Assembly: GCA_038321985.1 (NCBI GenBank)
Contig: JBBQFN010000002.1
Location: 96,001 to 160,000 of the forward strand
Length of the DNA stretch: 64,000 nucleotides
Direction of reading: 5' to 3'
Source: Cyanophyceae cyanobacterium
GTDB taxonomy: Bacteria; Cyanobacteriota; Cyanobacteriia; Cyanobacteriales; Laspinemataceae
Position 1 is the stretch's first letter; every line of letters begins with the position of its first letter. Below are positions 1 to 10,704 of this stretch, piece after piece. The position numbers were made by a program, and so were the translations under genes. Below the pieces are notes generated by a model. The model saw only the letters and a program-made list of their open reading frames with translations. It made no database searches and was not told the origin of the DNA.

Positions 1-314
1 GGTCCCACGCCATGATTGAAGCCAGTGGCGTCTTTGCCCTGAGTGTATTAGAAGCCGGACAAAAAGACTTAGCCCAAAAATTCTTTAAACCCCAACGGCG
101 AGTGGGGAATAAGTTTGAAGATGTAGAGTTTTATTTGGGGGAAACCGGCTGTCCGATTATCTCCGACTCTTTGGGGTATGTGGAATGTAACGTCGTGGGT
201 TCGGTGAAAAAGGGTGATCACACCGTCTTTGTCGGCGAAGTGATTGCCGCAGGAGTCCACCGGGAAGGAGAGCCTTTATTGCTAGAAAGCACCGGGTGGA
301 ATTACGGCGGATAA
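1..314 (+). CDS. Flavin reductase family protein (5'-partial)
   Basis: FALSVL...GCPII...GDHTVFVGEV motifs; frame open to the window edge. Confidence 0.85.
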   Translation, partial: SHAMIEASGVFALSVLEAGQKDLAQKFFKPQRRVGNKFEDVEFYLGETGCPIISDSLGYVECNVVGSVKKGDHTVFVGEVIAAGVHREGEPLLLESTGWNYGG

Positions 315-378
315 TGGGCTAGAGAGTTTCCCACCGATCCCAATTTAAATCACCAAGACGCACGTTAGAAGGTCAATT

Positions 379-729
379 ATGCCCCTGATTAAAGTTCAAA
401 CCTCCGTATCCGCACCGGAGAAAGCTGAAATCCAGACCCTGCTCAAGGGACTTTCCTCTAGCTTGGCGAAGCATCTGGGTAAGCCCGAATCCTACGTCAT
501 GACGGCGTTTAATGGCGATGTAGAGATGACATTTGCCGGCACCTTTGAGCCGGTATGTTACATCGAAGTCAAGAGTGTGGGTACGATCCGTCCGGAGCAA
601 ACGCAATCGATGAGCAAAGATTTTTGCAATAAGATTCACCAGGCGATCGGGGTTCCTCCAAATCGGATCTATATCGAGTTTACCGATGCCGAGGGTTCGA
701 TGTGGGGCTGGAACGGCTCCACATTTTAA
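379..729 (+). CDS. MIF / phenylpyruvate tautomerase family protein
   Basis: N-terminal Pro (MPLIKVQT), GKPESYVM, RIYIEF, WGWNGSTF. Confidence 0.9.
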   Translation: MPLIKVQTSVSAPEKAEIQTLLKGLSSSLAKHLGKPESYVMTAFNGDVEMTFAGTFEPVCYIEVKSVGTIRPEQTQSMSKDFCNKIHQAIGVPPNRIYIEFTDAEGSMWGWNGSTF

Positions 730-750
730 TTTTTAGCTGGATTAAAGTCT

Positions 751-787
751 GCCACCCCTTAGTTAATGGCTAGGGGGTGGCTTTTTT
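751..787 (+). terminator. Rho-independent terminator
   Basis: GCCACCCCTTAG/CTAGGGGGTGGC stem followed by T6. Confidence 0.8.
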
Positions 788-995
788 GAAGGGGTGGGGG
801 AGATAAAGAAGGCGATCGGCTCAAGCTCCCACAGGTTTGCCCCGTGGAAAAATAATTTCCGACTCTATAGTGTAAGGGGTCGAAAACGTTGTAAATCTTT
901 ACAACTGAATAGCCTGTGATAGTATCGGGTTGGTATGCGAGGCCAGATCCCTGTCAAGCGGCTCTGACTAATGGTGGTGGAGGAGAAATCCAGGA

Positions 996-2090
996 GTGCA
1001 AAATAATTCCATGAAAGCTCGGCAATTAAATCATCATAACCTCAAAAGTCAACCGGAACCCTTGCGGATTGGGGTGATTGGCGTTGGCAGTATGGGACAA
1101 CATCATACCCGCGTTCTCAGTTTGCTTAAAGATATTGAATTAGTCGGTGTGGCTGATGTTAATGTAGAGCGCGGACTCGACATCGCCAGTAAATATCGAA
1201 TTCGTTTTTTTGAAGATTATCAGGACTTGCTGCCTCATGTGGATGCAGTCTGTATTGCCGTGCCGACGCGCCTGCATCATGCCGTCGGAATGACCTGCCT
1301 GCGATCGGGGGTTCATGTTTTAATTGAGAAACCGATCGCCGCCAGCATAGCCGAAGCTGAATCCCTGGTGAATGCCGCAGCTGAATCCGGATGTATCCTG
1401 CAAGTTGGTCATATTGAACGGTTTAATCCGGCATTTCAAGAACTGAGCAAAGTCCTCAAAACCGAACAAGTGCTGGCGATCGAAGCTCACCGCATGAGTC
1501 CCTACAGCGATCGCGCTAACGATGTCTCCGTCGTCTTAGATTTAATGATCCACGACATCGACCTCATTTTAGAATTAGCTGCCGCGCCCGTCGTGCGATT
1601 AACCGCTAGCGGGAGTCGCGCCGGACAGGATACATCAGATAGCAATTCTTATTTAGATTATGTAACAGCAACCTTGGGATTTGCCAATGGCGTGATCGCC
1701 ACCGTCACCGCCAGTAAAGTCACTCACCGAAAATTGCGGCGCATCGTCACTCATTGCAAAAATTCTCTAACTGAAGCCGATTTTCTCAACAATGAAATTT
1801 TAATCCACCGGAAAACAACCGCCAACTATATGACCGAATATGGTCAAGTTTTGTACCGGCAGGATGGTTTAATTGAAAAAGTTTATACCAGTAATATTGA
1901 ACCCTTACACGCGGAATTAGAACATTTTATCAATTGTGTCCGAGGTGGCAATCAACCCTCTGTCGGAGGAGAACAAGCCCTTAAAGCGCTGCGATTAGCC
2001 AGTTTAATCGAGCAGATGGCCCTCGATGGTCAAGTCTGGAATGTGAATAATTTAGAGTTCGTCAAACCCACGGGCGTCAGTTTTGGGTGA
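996..2090 (+). CDS. Gfo/Idh/MocA family oxidoreductase
   Basis: GVIGVGSMG Rossmann motif, HVLIEKPIA, GHIERFNPA, DLMIHDID. Confidence 0.92.
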   Translation: MQNNSMKARQLNHHNLKSQPEPLRIGVIGVGSMGQHHTRVLSLLKDIELVGVADVNVERGLDIASKYRIRFFEDYQDLLPHVDAVCIAVPTRLHHAVGMTCLRSGVHVLIEKPIAASIAEAESLVNAAAESGCILQVGHIERFNPAFQELSKVLKTEQVLAIEAHRMSPYSDRANDVSVVLDLMIHDIDLILELAAAPVVRLTASGSRAGQDTSDSNSYLDYVTATLGFANGVIATVTASKVTHRKLRRIVTHCKNSLTEADFLNNEILIHRKTTANYMTEYGQVLYRQDGLIEKVYTSNIEPLHAELEHFINCVRGGNQPSVGGEQALKALRLASLIEQMALDGQVWNVNNLEFVKPTGVSFG

Positions 2091-2114
2091 GGGGAATAAA
2101 TCTAAATAAATTGT

Positions 2115-2145
2115 GTAGGGGCAATTTATGTACTGCCCCGCGTAC
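2115..2145. repeat. REP-like GTAGGGGC...GCCCC palindrome
   Basis: GTAGGGGCA...TGCCCC hairpin; same type as 56137-56165. Confidence 0.5.
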
Positions 2146-2358
2146 AGTTTGAAAGATTCAGACCTGGGCAGAATTATTTAATTCATTTAGACTTTCTCTA
2201 TCTTTTCATTGTCCAGTTTTTAATTGATGAAGAAATAATCAGGTTGGATATTAGCCTATTAATCAGCGATCGCCAAGTTTCCACTATTTCCTCTGTTCAA
2301 TATTTGGGAACTCGTAACTCTAACAATGACAGTTCCTTTATTCACAACCAGGATTTTT

Positions 2359-2712
2359 CTATAAATCGTATCCCAATGTTACCAAAACGACGGCTTCTAA
2401 TTGGAGGATTTTTTCAGCACTAAGCTGCCCCAATTTCCGAAGTAACCGAGTTTTATCTAAGACTCACATTTGAAAACATAATGCGACTGAATCCTCGGCT
2501 AATCCGCCATCTCCTTGGGCGATCGCCAGACAAATTGGCAAGGCGGCACGACGTTGATTTGTTGTTAGGGGAATTGCCAGGGTTGTTGTGGAAAACTGAG
2601 AAACTATGTCATTTTGGAATATGATCACTGGGCGAATACCCGCTTGTTCAGAACCTTGAGTGGGATTGAGATTTGCTAACCAAACTTCTCCCCGTTTAAT
2701 TGGGTTGGTCAT
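2359..2712 (-). pseudogene. mazF: PemK/MazF toxin with premature in-frame TGA
   Basis: RGEVWLANLNPTQGSEQAGIRPVII motif. After TGA at 2464-2466 the same frame continues VLDKTRLLRKLGQLSAEKILQLEAVVLVTLGYDL to TAG at 2359. Confidence 0.88.
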
Positions 2713-2945
2713 GGTTGATCTTCTGGAACCAACATTTCTGCATAATCTTCCATTCCTGTTTCTGCCAAAGTGCGGTCTTCTGCAGCAAACTCAGTGGCTA
2801 GGGAAGCAAGCTGTGTTGCGTTGAGGCTGACACGTTGGCGTTGAGATCGAAATTTGAGGAAGGCAATAAAATCAGCAACGGCACAAAGTTGTTCGTCAGT
2901 CAGGCGATCAATGTCTTGCTTGATTGTTTCGCTAGTGATTGTCAT
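2709..2945 (-). CDS. Putative antitoxin (DUF2281-like) upstream of mazF
   Basis: Small acidic protein with VADFIAFLKFR motif; 4-bp overlap with the toxin start. Confidence 0.7.
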   Translation of the reverse strand: MTITSETIKQDIDRLTDEQLCAVADFIAFLKFRSQRQRVSLNATQLASLATEFAAEDRTLAETGMEDYAEMLVPEDQP

Positions 2946-3053
2946 CAGCTTGAGGTAAAAGATTGACAAACGATAACTTAATTATAGAGGCTATCCCTCT
3001 GCTTGGATTAATTCTTTCAACAATGTAAAGCACTTCCCCACTACCCCAATGCC

Positions 3054-3986
3054 TTAAAATGAAATCATCGGGACAAGTTCATCCGTAATTCTCCGAGTGA
3101 CCAGTTCATTCCCCTTTGAATTTATATGAATATGGTCTCGATATAAACTTGCTGGATTTTCCACAGCATTAAAAGGTAATAAAAAATCCAAGTAGGTGAT
3201 TTGATGTTGCTGGGTAAACTCTCCCAGGCGCTGACGGGCTTTAATTTCATAGTCTCTCGGTCCTGGTTCTCTGAGTTCGCGTAATAAGGGGGTGATTGCT
3301 AATAGAAATTGACCTTGGTTTTCGGTGGCGATTTGCTGAATTTGATGAATGGCTTCTAAGTTAAACCCCACGCGATCGCCTTTTTCTTCCGGTAGGGTCG
3401 GCACTGTTGGCGCAGGTAACAGATATCGACTCACTATCTCTACCAGTGCCAAGGAGGGTTTTTTGTCGGGATAGTTGCGATCGCGTCCGACTTGTATAGA
3501 ACTTGGTTCGGTCCCAAACAAATCATCGGTATTGATCAGCAATACCACTGCCTTGGCACCAAAGGTCCCAAATTTCTCTAAATAGGCGCGTTCATTCCGG
3601 GGTCCCCAAGAGTTTGCTGAGGCATTAAGCACTTGGATTTCAGCGGCATTCCCTTGCAGGCGTTCCGTAAGTTGTTGCTGCATTAAGGCGGAGATGGTTT
3701 GCGTTTGATCCGTCCACCATCCGCCATTGGCAACGGAGTCTCCCAGTAGCAATATGCGCTGGGTGTCGGATGCTGAGGTTACTGCGTCACTCCGCATGGA
3801 ATATTGGTTAATCTCGATGCGATTGCCAAAGCGCCGCACTTTCTGATTGGGTGCTAAAAGATACCCGATTTTGTCATCGGGTATGTACAAAAGAGGTTTG
3901 CCAAACCCAAAGAACATTCTGAGTGCCACTTCTAAGGCAATTAACAGTCCAATAATTATCGCGATCGCAATCCATACTATTTTCAC
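3054..3986 (-). CDS. SGNH/GDSL hydrolase, membrane-anchored
   Basis: LLGDSVA, NASANSWG, INTDD and DHIH blocks; N-terminal TM segment. Confidence 0.85.
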   Translation of the reverse strand: MKIVWIAIAIIIGLLIALEVALRMFFGFGKPLLYIPDDKIGYLLAPNQKVRRFGNRIEINQYSMRSDAVTSASDTQRILLLGDSVANGGWWTDQTQTISALMQQQLTERLQGNAAEIQVLNASANSWGPRNERAYLEKFGTFGAKAVVLLINTDDLFGTEPSSIQVGRDRNYPDKKPSLALVEIVSRYLLPAPTVPTLPEEKGDRVGFNLEAIHQIQQIATENQGQFLLAITPLLRELREPGPRDYEIKARQRLGEFTQQHQITYLDFLLPFNAVENPASLYRDHIHINSKGNELVTRRITDELVPMISF

Positions 3987-4093
3987 TTATTTAACCTCAT
4001 CTCAACCCTAAACGCTCCTTCGTGTCACCCTATACTAAAATCGGGATTTAGGACTTAAAATCATTATAAGAATCCATAGGTAATTCTCTGCTG

Positions 4094-6010
4094 ATGAACT
4101 TTCCTCGTCTCCATCCAGACACGATTGAACAAGTCAAGCAACGTGCTGATATCGTGGATATCGTCTCTGAGCGCGTTGTGCTCAAAAAACAGGGTAAAGA
4201 TTTGGTGGGATTGTGTCCCTTTCATGATGAAGGGTCACCCAGTTTTACGGTGAGTCCCAGCAAGCAGATGTACTACTGTTTTGGGTGTCAAGCGGGAGGA
4301 AATTCGATTACGTTTTTGATGGAAATCGGCAAACATTCGTTTTCTGATGTGGTGTTGGATCTGGCGCGACGGTATCAGGTGTCGGTGCAAACTGTTGAAC
4401 CTGAACAGCGGGAAGAGTTACAGCGGCAGCTTTCTCTACGAGAAGAACTTTATGAGATTATGGCGATCGCAGTTCGTTTTTATGAACACGCTTTACATCA
4501 GCCTCAAGGCAGTGATGCACTGAATTATCTCACAGTTGACCGTCAATTGAGTCGGGAAACCATCCAACAGTTTCAATTGGGTTATGCACCGGCAGGATGG
4601 GAAAGTCTCTACAGCTATCTGGTGGAAGAAAAGGGATTTTCGGTGCAGTTAGTGGAAGAGGCAGGGTTGATTAAAGCGCGCAATACCGGGGGAGGATATT
4701 ATGATCGCTTCCGCGATCGCCTGATGATTCCGATTCATGATTCCCAGGGTCGGGCGATCGCCTTTGGTGGTAGGACTCTCAGCGATGAACAACCCAAGTA
4801 TCTTAATTCTCCGGAAACGCCGTTATTTGAAAAAGGCAAAACTTTGTATGCTTTGGATAAGGCTAAATCTGCGATCGCCAAAGAAGATAAAGCCGTGGTT
4901 GTTGAGGGATATTTTGATGTGATCGCCCTCCATTCTGCTGGAATTTCTAATGCAGTTGCCTCTCTGGGGACGGCATTAAGTTTGGATGCAGTTAAGCAAT
5001 TATTGCGTTATACGGACTCTAAACAAGTAATTTTGAATTTTGATGCCGATGCGGCGGGGACAACTGCTGCGGAACGGGCGATCGGAGAAATTGCCGAACT
5101 TGCTTATAAGGGACAAGTGCAACTTCGAGTTATCAATATTCCCGATGGCAAAGATGCGGATGATTTTCTCAAAACCACTGGTAGTCCCGAACCCTACCGG
5201 CAACTGATGGAGAATGCTCCGTTATGGCTAGATTGGCAGATTCAGCAGTTGTTATTGGGAAATGAACTAAACGAATCCGACTCTTATCAACGAGTCGCTC
5301 GCCAAATGGTGAATCTGCTCACGAAAATTCAAAATACCGATACCCGGATTTATTATGTGAATCGCTGTGCAGAAATCCTGAGTCAGGGAAATGGTAATTT
5401 AGTTTCATTACGAGCGCAAGACTTAATTAAACAACTAAACCGACGCCGACGCCAAGCGGCACGAAATGAGCCGGAGAGTGAATCGGAAGTGTTACCCGTT
5501 TCCTCCGATCGCGGTTTATTAGAAATTGCCGAAGCGGTGTTGTTGCGGCTTTATTTGCATTGTCCGGAACATCGAGGGGCGATCGCACAGGAGTTAGAGG
5601 AACGAGATTTAGATTTTAGTCTCTCTCATCATCGATTTTTGTGGCACCAAATTTTCCAGGTAGAAAGTCAAAATAAGAGTGGAGATTTACTTTCCCAAGT
5701 GCAAGAGCGATTTTTACAGAGCAATCGTGATTTAAAATCCGTCTCTGAGTTATTTCATTTAAATGAGAAGTCTCAGCGGGATTTATTCAAGGCTCCCTTG
5801 ATGATTCAAGGGGCGATCGCTTGTATTGAAAGAGTCCTCTGTGACAAGCGCTGTCGTCAAGCGTTACAACTCTGGACGGAAACCGATTTAACAGCAGATC
5901 CAGACCGTGCTCGCTATTATCAAGAGCAAATTTCTGATGAGAAAAAGCGCATTGAAGAATTGGACAAACACCGCCAAGTTAATTTAAATGATTGGTTATC
6001 AATGTATTAA
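4094..6010 (+). CDS. dnaG: DNA primase
   Basis: CPFH/CFGC zinc finger, KYLNSPET, VEGYFDV, FDADAAG TOPRIM, KDADD. Confidence 0.98.
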   Translation: MNFPRLHPDTIEQVKQRADIVDIVSERVVLKKQGKDLVGLCPFHDEGSPSFTVSPSKQMYYCFGCQAGGNSITFLMEIGKHSFSDVVLDLARRYQVSVQTVEPEQREELQRQLSLREELYEIMAIAVRFYEHALHQPQGSDALNYLTVDRQLSRETIQQFQLGYAPAGWESLYSYLVEEKGFSVQLVEEAGLIKARNTGGGYYDRFRDRLMIPIHDSQGRAIAFGGRTLSDEQPKYLNSPETPLFEKGKTLYALDKAKSAIAKEDKAVVVEGYFDVIALHSAGISNAVASLGTALSLDAVKQLLRYTDSKQVILNFDADAAGTTAAERAIGEIAELAYKGQVQLRVINIPDGKDADDFLKTTGSPEPYRQLMENAPLWLDWQIQQLLLGNELNESDSYQRVARQMVNLLTKIQNTDTRIYYVNRCAEILSQGNGNLVSLRAQDLIKQLNRRRRQAARNEPESESEVLPVSSDRGLLEIAEAVLLRLYLHCPEHRGAIAQELEERDLDFSLSHHRFLWHQIFQVESQNKSGDLLSQVQERFLQSNRDLKSVSELFHLNEKSQRDLFKAPLMIQGAIACIERVLCDKRCRQALQLWTETDLTADPDRARYYQEQISDEKKRIEELDKHRQVNLNDWLSMY

Positions 6011-6147
6011 AAATCCATTCATAGAACAAGTTTTTGGGAGAATTTACCGGGTTTGTACACCAAAATTTTTAGGCTACTTTCCATAATTTTTGGGCAGAAT
6101 CATGGTTTTGATATGCCTAACTTGATGAGTTATTGAGGGATTCTCAA

Positions 6148-6396
6148 TTACTTGATTGAGGACGGCCTTCTTATGTTGGGGTGCAGCCGCAAGCGCTGCG
6201 ACTTCTGCAATCAGGTCCTCAGAAACACCCCTCTCTCGGAGGGTTGCTAAAATATTCTCCGCAACGGCATCAAAATGTTCAGGTTTTAATCCCCATTCTT
6301 CCACTAACTCTCTATCTTTAAGACGCGTTGGTAGAATTTATCAACCCCTAATTCAACTCCTGCCTCTCCACAAAGTTTATCGAATAAACTTCTCAT
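6148..6396 (-). pseudogene. glbN: Group 1 truncated hemoglobin (cyanoglobin) with internal deletion and frameshift
   Basis: N-terminus MRSLFDKLCGEAGVELGVDKFYQRVLK is joined out of frame to RELVEEWGLKPEHFDAVAENILATL...HKKAVLNQ; central part missing. Confidence 0.82.
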
Positions 6397-6693
6397 AATT
6401 GATTTTCCTTGAGTGCAAGTGGAGGAATCGGAATTGATGATTATGAAAACAACAATCCTGCCAGAATGAGTCTGACAGGATTGCCTTTTATTTTGATTTA
6501 TTAAAAAGACCGATGAGGTCTGTGTTATTTCGATTTCCTATGTTTTTACTTTATCCGAATCGCTCTAGTCCGGACATCTATCTCTAGATAGAAGTTACCT
6601 TTCTCTGGTCTTAGACTCAGGGGGAATCAGCAAGAAGAAACCTTAACCCCCCAGTTGAAGATACGAATGGTTAACCCCTCAACTGAACCCGTT

Positions 6694-7224
6694 CTAATCG
6701 CAATACAGGGTCTCGCGAGTATTCCGTCCGGTGACAGGATTCGTGCCTGTAGCAAGCTGACAGAGGATTTCATTGGCATCATCGCGCAGGAAGACGTCGG
6801 TAAAATCTGCGCCTTCGATGTTGGCACCGTTAAATTTGGCACTAAAAGCAAAGGACCCTTCGAGAACGGCATTTTTGAGGTTTGCTTTGATAAAGCGTGC
6901 GGTATCTAAGGTAGTATTGCTGAGGTTTGCGCCTTCTAAATTGGCCTCTTCTAAATGAGCGGCAAATAAGCTGGCCCCTTGCAAATTGGCATGACTTAAG
7001 TTACTTTTGCGGAGATTGGCGTGGTTAAAGCTGGCTTGGGTGAGGTCGCGACCGGAAAAATCCGCACCGAGGAGGTTTTCTTTGTTATAGTTCTGGGCAA
7101 GGGCATCGGGAGGATAAGCGGTGGTGAGGGTGGCGACTGTCCCAACTGCTGAGATCCAAACCAGTACCGAAACAACCAGACTCATGACCCGAGTCCAACC
7201 CAAGTTACAAAACCAATTCTTCAT
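6694..7224 (-). CDS. Pentapeptide repeat protein, exported or lumenal
   Basis: Signal-like N-terminus, A(N/D)LxG repeats, C-terminal GTNPVTGRNTRETLYC. Confidence 0.9.
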   Translation of the reverse strand: MKNWFCNLGWTRVMSLVVSVLVWISAVGTVATLTTAYPPDALAQNYNKENLLGADFSGRDLTQASFNHANLRKSNLSHANLQGASLFAAHLEEANLEGANLSNTTLDTARFIKANLKNAVLEGSFAFSAKFNGANIEGADFTDVFLRDDANEILCQLATGTNPVTGRNTRETLYCD

Positions 7225-7346
7225 ACGTTCGTTTCGTCGCTCCAAAAGTGACTCCTACGCGATCGCAGGGGGGTTAATTTTTGCTAACTTAAAAATTCAA
7301 ACATCCGTTGTTATTTTACCAGTAAGGGTAACCCTGTAATTATCTG

Positions 7347-7931
7347 ATGTCTCCCTCTTCTCCGGGTTGGTTGAGTATCCCCGAAAATCAGCGTTCTAAC
7401 CCCGGCTGCCTAGGTGAAGCGTTGGTGGCTCAATGGTTGCTGGAGACAGGGTGGGAAATTTGGGCGCGGCGTTGGCGCAGTCGCGGGGGGGAAATTGATC
7501 TGATTGCTTGGCAGTCGCCTGATACATCACAAGGCGAACTTTTTGTCAAGGAAGGAATTTCCCCTGATTTTCCCAGGAGTGAGGGAGGTATGGTGGCCTT
7601 TGTGGAAGTTAAAACGCGATCGCCCGGGAGTTGGGATGCGGGGGGTCTTCTGGCAATTTCTCCAGCGAAGCAAAGCAAACTGATCCAAACTGCTGAGTTA
7701 TTTTTAGCGGCGCATCCAGAGGTAGCCGATTTTCCCTGTCGGTTTGATGTAGCCTTGGTCCACTATCAGCGCCAAAGGCGATTGTCCAGTCCGAGAGTTG
7801 CACTCAACGGCGATCGCCTCCTGGAACATTCATCAACCCCAAGCCCCCCCGTCTGTCTCGGTCAACCCCACCCCATTGGAGACTATTACTTTACCTTGCA
7901 TCATTATATTTGTGGAGCCTTCCACGGCTAA
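7347..7931 (+). CDS. YraN family (UPF0102) endonuclease-like protein
   Basis: GEALVAQWL, GEIDLIA, FVEVKTR, CRFDVA. Confidence 0.9.
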   Translation: MSPSSPGWLSIPENQRSNPGCLGEALVAQWLLETGWEIWARRWRSRGGEIDLIAWQSPDTSQGELFVKEGISPDFPRSEGGMVAFVEVKTRSPGSWDAGGLLAISPAKQSKLIQTAELFLAAHPEVADFPCRFDVALVHYQRQRRLSSPRVALNGDRLLEHSSTPSPPVCLGQPHPIGDYYFTLHHYICGAFHG

Positions 7932-7989
7932 CATGGGAACTCCCTTTTTTTTCTTGATAGCAATACTTCCCCAGAGGGGTTGGTCAGGG

Positions 7990-8379
7990 CTATGCTAAAG
8001 TTTCCGGACAATACCCCAACCCCTGCACAAATTGTTCGCGAAATTCTTCAATTTCACTCAAATCTGGATGACCGTGGGACACGACGGCAATCTGATAACG
8101 ACGCATCACCTCAATGGGAGACTGTCCGTTTTCCAAAGCCCATAGCGCCATTTGCAATCGGATACTGGGTTGGCCAGGGATTCCTAGTTCATTCATGAAG
8201 GCTCGAAAGTTCCCATCCTGCTGCGGTTTGAGGGGTTGGTCCATTTTCACCCGCACGATCCATCCGTCAATTTGATGAATCACACTCAGGAAGCGAACGG
8301 GCAGATCCGATCCGGTGTTGAGATATTCAGCAACTCTCAGGGTTAAACTGGCATTCGCCAGGTGATAGAGGTAATCCAT
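7990..8379 (-). CDS. Conserved cyanobacterial hypothetical protein
   Basis: MDYLYHLANASLTLRV...GLGYCPETLA; protein-like composition. Confidence 0.75.
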   Translation of the reverse strand: MDYLYHLANASLTLRVAEYLNTGSDLPVRFLSVIHQIDGWIVRVKMDQPLKPQQDGNFRAFMNELGIPGQPSIRLQMALWALENGQSPIEVMRRYQIAVVSHGHPDLSEIEEFREQFVQGLGYCPETLA

Positions 8380-9054
8380 CTTCACCAATTTCCGTATTCT
8401 TGGACAATAATGACTCATCTGGTTTGTCCTTTGGGTTAGTTTCTTGTGTGTTAGCTAAGGAACCTCAATGTCCCCATCCCTAGCAAAACTTTGATAACTC
8501 TAGCCCTTAGATTCTGTAGCTCCCGAAAAAATGTAGCTACATTCGTTCAGGCTAGTGTAAGGAAAGGAATCCAGATGCTTTGGGTTCTAATCGAATTTAA
8601 AAGCGGAGCAACTGTGTAGGGAAGAATTTAAACTGCTTCGAGATGTGACTTTAGAGAAGGGAGGAGGTTGGTAAAATCTGGAGATTTTCCCCATCCTGTT
8701 GAGGGGGTGTTCTGCTTTTATCCAATTCCCCGATCTCCTTGTACTCCTTCGATTGTTTGCCTTACCGCCAAAGCTCCATTTCTATTGTGGCGATCGCCTG
8801 GTTTTTCTAACATGGGTAAAACCCCTCTGATGGTATGGGGATGTCTACCCAAGTTTTTACACTCACCCAGCGATCGCCTTCATTTTTGAAATTCATCCCG
8901 CTATTATAGGTATTTATATCTAATGTTATTTAATCTGTAGAGTCCCGTTTTATTTAATTTAGCCTGCTTTAAAAAATAAAACTTTAATCAGCTCAATTAT
9001 CCCTTATAATTCCCAATCTTAGCACAGATTCACCCGAATAAATCCCTTTTTGGG

Positions 9055-10251
9055 ATGACAAGTATGTTTTCTAACCCACCCGATCCTGAGACTCTAATCC
9101 CCGCTGAGACCGCCCCGGTTAATGCCCCCAAGGGCCAAACCCACGCCAACACTAGGAGCGATCGCACCCTCGGGGGATATGACTACGAACTGCCCTCAGA
9201 ACGAATTGCTCAAAATCCGGTCGTACCTCGGGATAATTCACGTTTGCTAGTCGTGGATTCCCCCACCACCCACCAGCATCGGCGGTTTCGGGACCTCCCC
9301 GAACTCTTAGAACCCGGAGACTTATTAATTCTCAACAATACTCGGGTGATGCCTGCGAGACTCCATGGTTATAAATCCACCGGCGCACCTGTTGAGGTGT
9401 TGTTGTTAGAAGAACAAGCGGATAACCAGTGGTTAGGATTAGTCAAACCAGGACGGCGCTTGAAACCAGGGGCCCAGATTCGGTTTCCTGCGCCCGAAAC
9501 TCCAGGGGGCGAACCTGGATCAAATTCCACCTTGCGGGCCCACGTTTTAGCCATCGATGAACCGACTGGGGGCAGAATCCTCCAATTTGAAGCCACACCT
9601 CAAACTCCCGTCCGGGAGTTACTGGAGACGTATGGACAGGTGCCCTTACCGCCCTACATTACGGAATCGGTGGCTTCACCGGACCAGTATCAAACCGTGT
9701 ACGCCCACCAGTCGGGATCCGCAGCGGCCCCCACTGCGGGGTTACACTTTACCGAAGAATTACTCGATCGCCTGAAATCAAAGGGGATAAATCAGGCATT
9801 TGTGACCTTGCACGTTGGAGTTGGAACTTTTCGCCCTGTAGAGATAGAGGACGTCACCCGGCATCAAATGCACGAAGAGTGGGTGCAAGTGTCCAGGGAA
9901 ACCGTGGAAAAAGTCCGCGAGACAAAAGCGCGGGGGGGTCGAGTGATTGCGGTGGGAACGACTGGAGTGCGATCGCTCGAAGGTGCAGCAGCCACGGGCG
10001 AATTGCAGCCGTTTTGTGGCAAAACTGATTTATTTATCTACCCGGGGTATCAGTGGCGGGTCGTGGATGGATTGATTACAAATTTTCACTTACCCAGATC
10101 AAGTTTGCTGATGCTGGTAAGTGCGTTAATTGGGCGCAGTCGCCTATTGGGATTGTATCGGGAGGCGATCGCCCAAGAGTATCGCTTCTATTCCTTTGGG
10201 GACGCGATGGTGATTTTACCCTCAGCGCGGACTGAAGCCTCGGCCCCCTGA
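9055..10251 (+). CDS. queA: tRNA preQ1 S-adenosylmethionine ribosyltransferase-isomerase
   Basis: [44 protein letters not shown]. Confidence 0.97.
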   Translation: MTSMFSNPPDPETLIPAETAPVNAPKGQTHANTRSDRTLGGYDYELPSERIAQNPVVPRDNSRLLVVDSPTTHQHRRFRDLPELLEPGDLLILNNTRVMPARLHGYKSTGAPVEVLLLEEQADNQWLGLVKPGRRLKPGAQIRFPAPETPGGEPGSNSTLRAHVLAIDEPTGGRILQFEATPQTPVRELLETYGQVPLPPYITESVASPDQYQTVYAHQSGSAAAPTAGLHFTEELLDRLKSKGINQAFVTLHVGVGTFRPVEIEDVTRHQMHEEWVQVSRETVEKVRETKARGGRVIAVGTTGVRSLEGAAATGELQPFCGKTDLFIYPGYQWRVVDGLITNFHLPRSSLLMLVSALIGRSRLLGLYREAIAQEYRFYSFGDAMVILPSARTEASAP

Positions 10252-10392
10252 AAAATTTATACCTAAAAGAGTCAGCCGTGAAAAATCAAGAATCAAACCC
10301 TTGACAATTTCAATGGTTTGTGCTGAATTTTTGCGGCTAACCGATTGCAAGACGCGATCGCCCGCGTCTTGACAACCCAGGAACCCCAACCT

Positions 10393-10572
10393 TTAGGATT
10401 CTTCGTCCTCGTCCTCTTCGTTAGAAGGATAGACAAAACCCGTAGAACGTCCGGTCAATACCGACTTGCCAAGGGACAGGGCTTTTTGAGCTTGCAAAGC
10501 TGCTTTGTTTTTCCAAGTCGCTTTGCGTTTATCACGCTTGGATTTCGAGGTTTTCTTCTTGGGAACCGCCAT
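10393..10572 (-). CDS. rpmF: 50S ribosomal protein L32 (absent from the ORF track, 59 aa)
   Basis: Manual translation [59 protein letters not shown]. Confidence 0.95.
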   Translation of the reverse strand: MAVPKKKTSKSKRDKRKATWKNKAALQAQKALSLGKSVLTGRSTGFVYPSNEEDEDEES

Positions 10573-10704
10573 AACCTGAATGACTCAAATTTTTGACAAC
10601 CTTTCCATTTTAAGCCATAATCTTGACTCTGCGATCGCAGCAAGAGTCGTTTCCTGCTTTAATCGATAGAAACTCACCCCCGAGGCGGTTTCCTGGGTGG
10701 CCCC

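Noticed and set aside
10301..10345. TTGACA promoter suggesting a tRNA gene after queA
   Set aside because: No cloverleaf or TTCGA T-loop found downstream
10345..10643. ORF-track ORFs of 83 and 62 aa
   Set aside because: Shadow frames of rpmF
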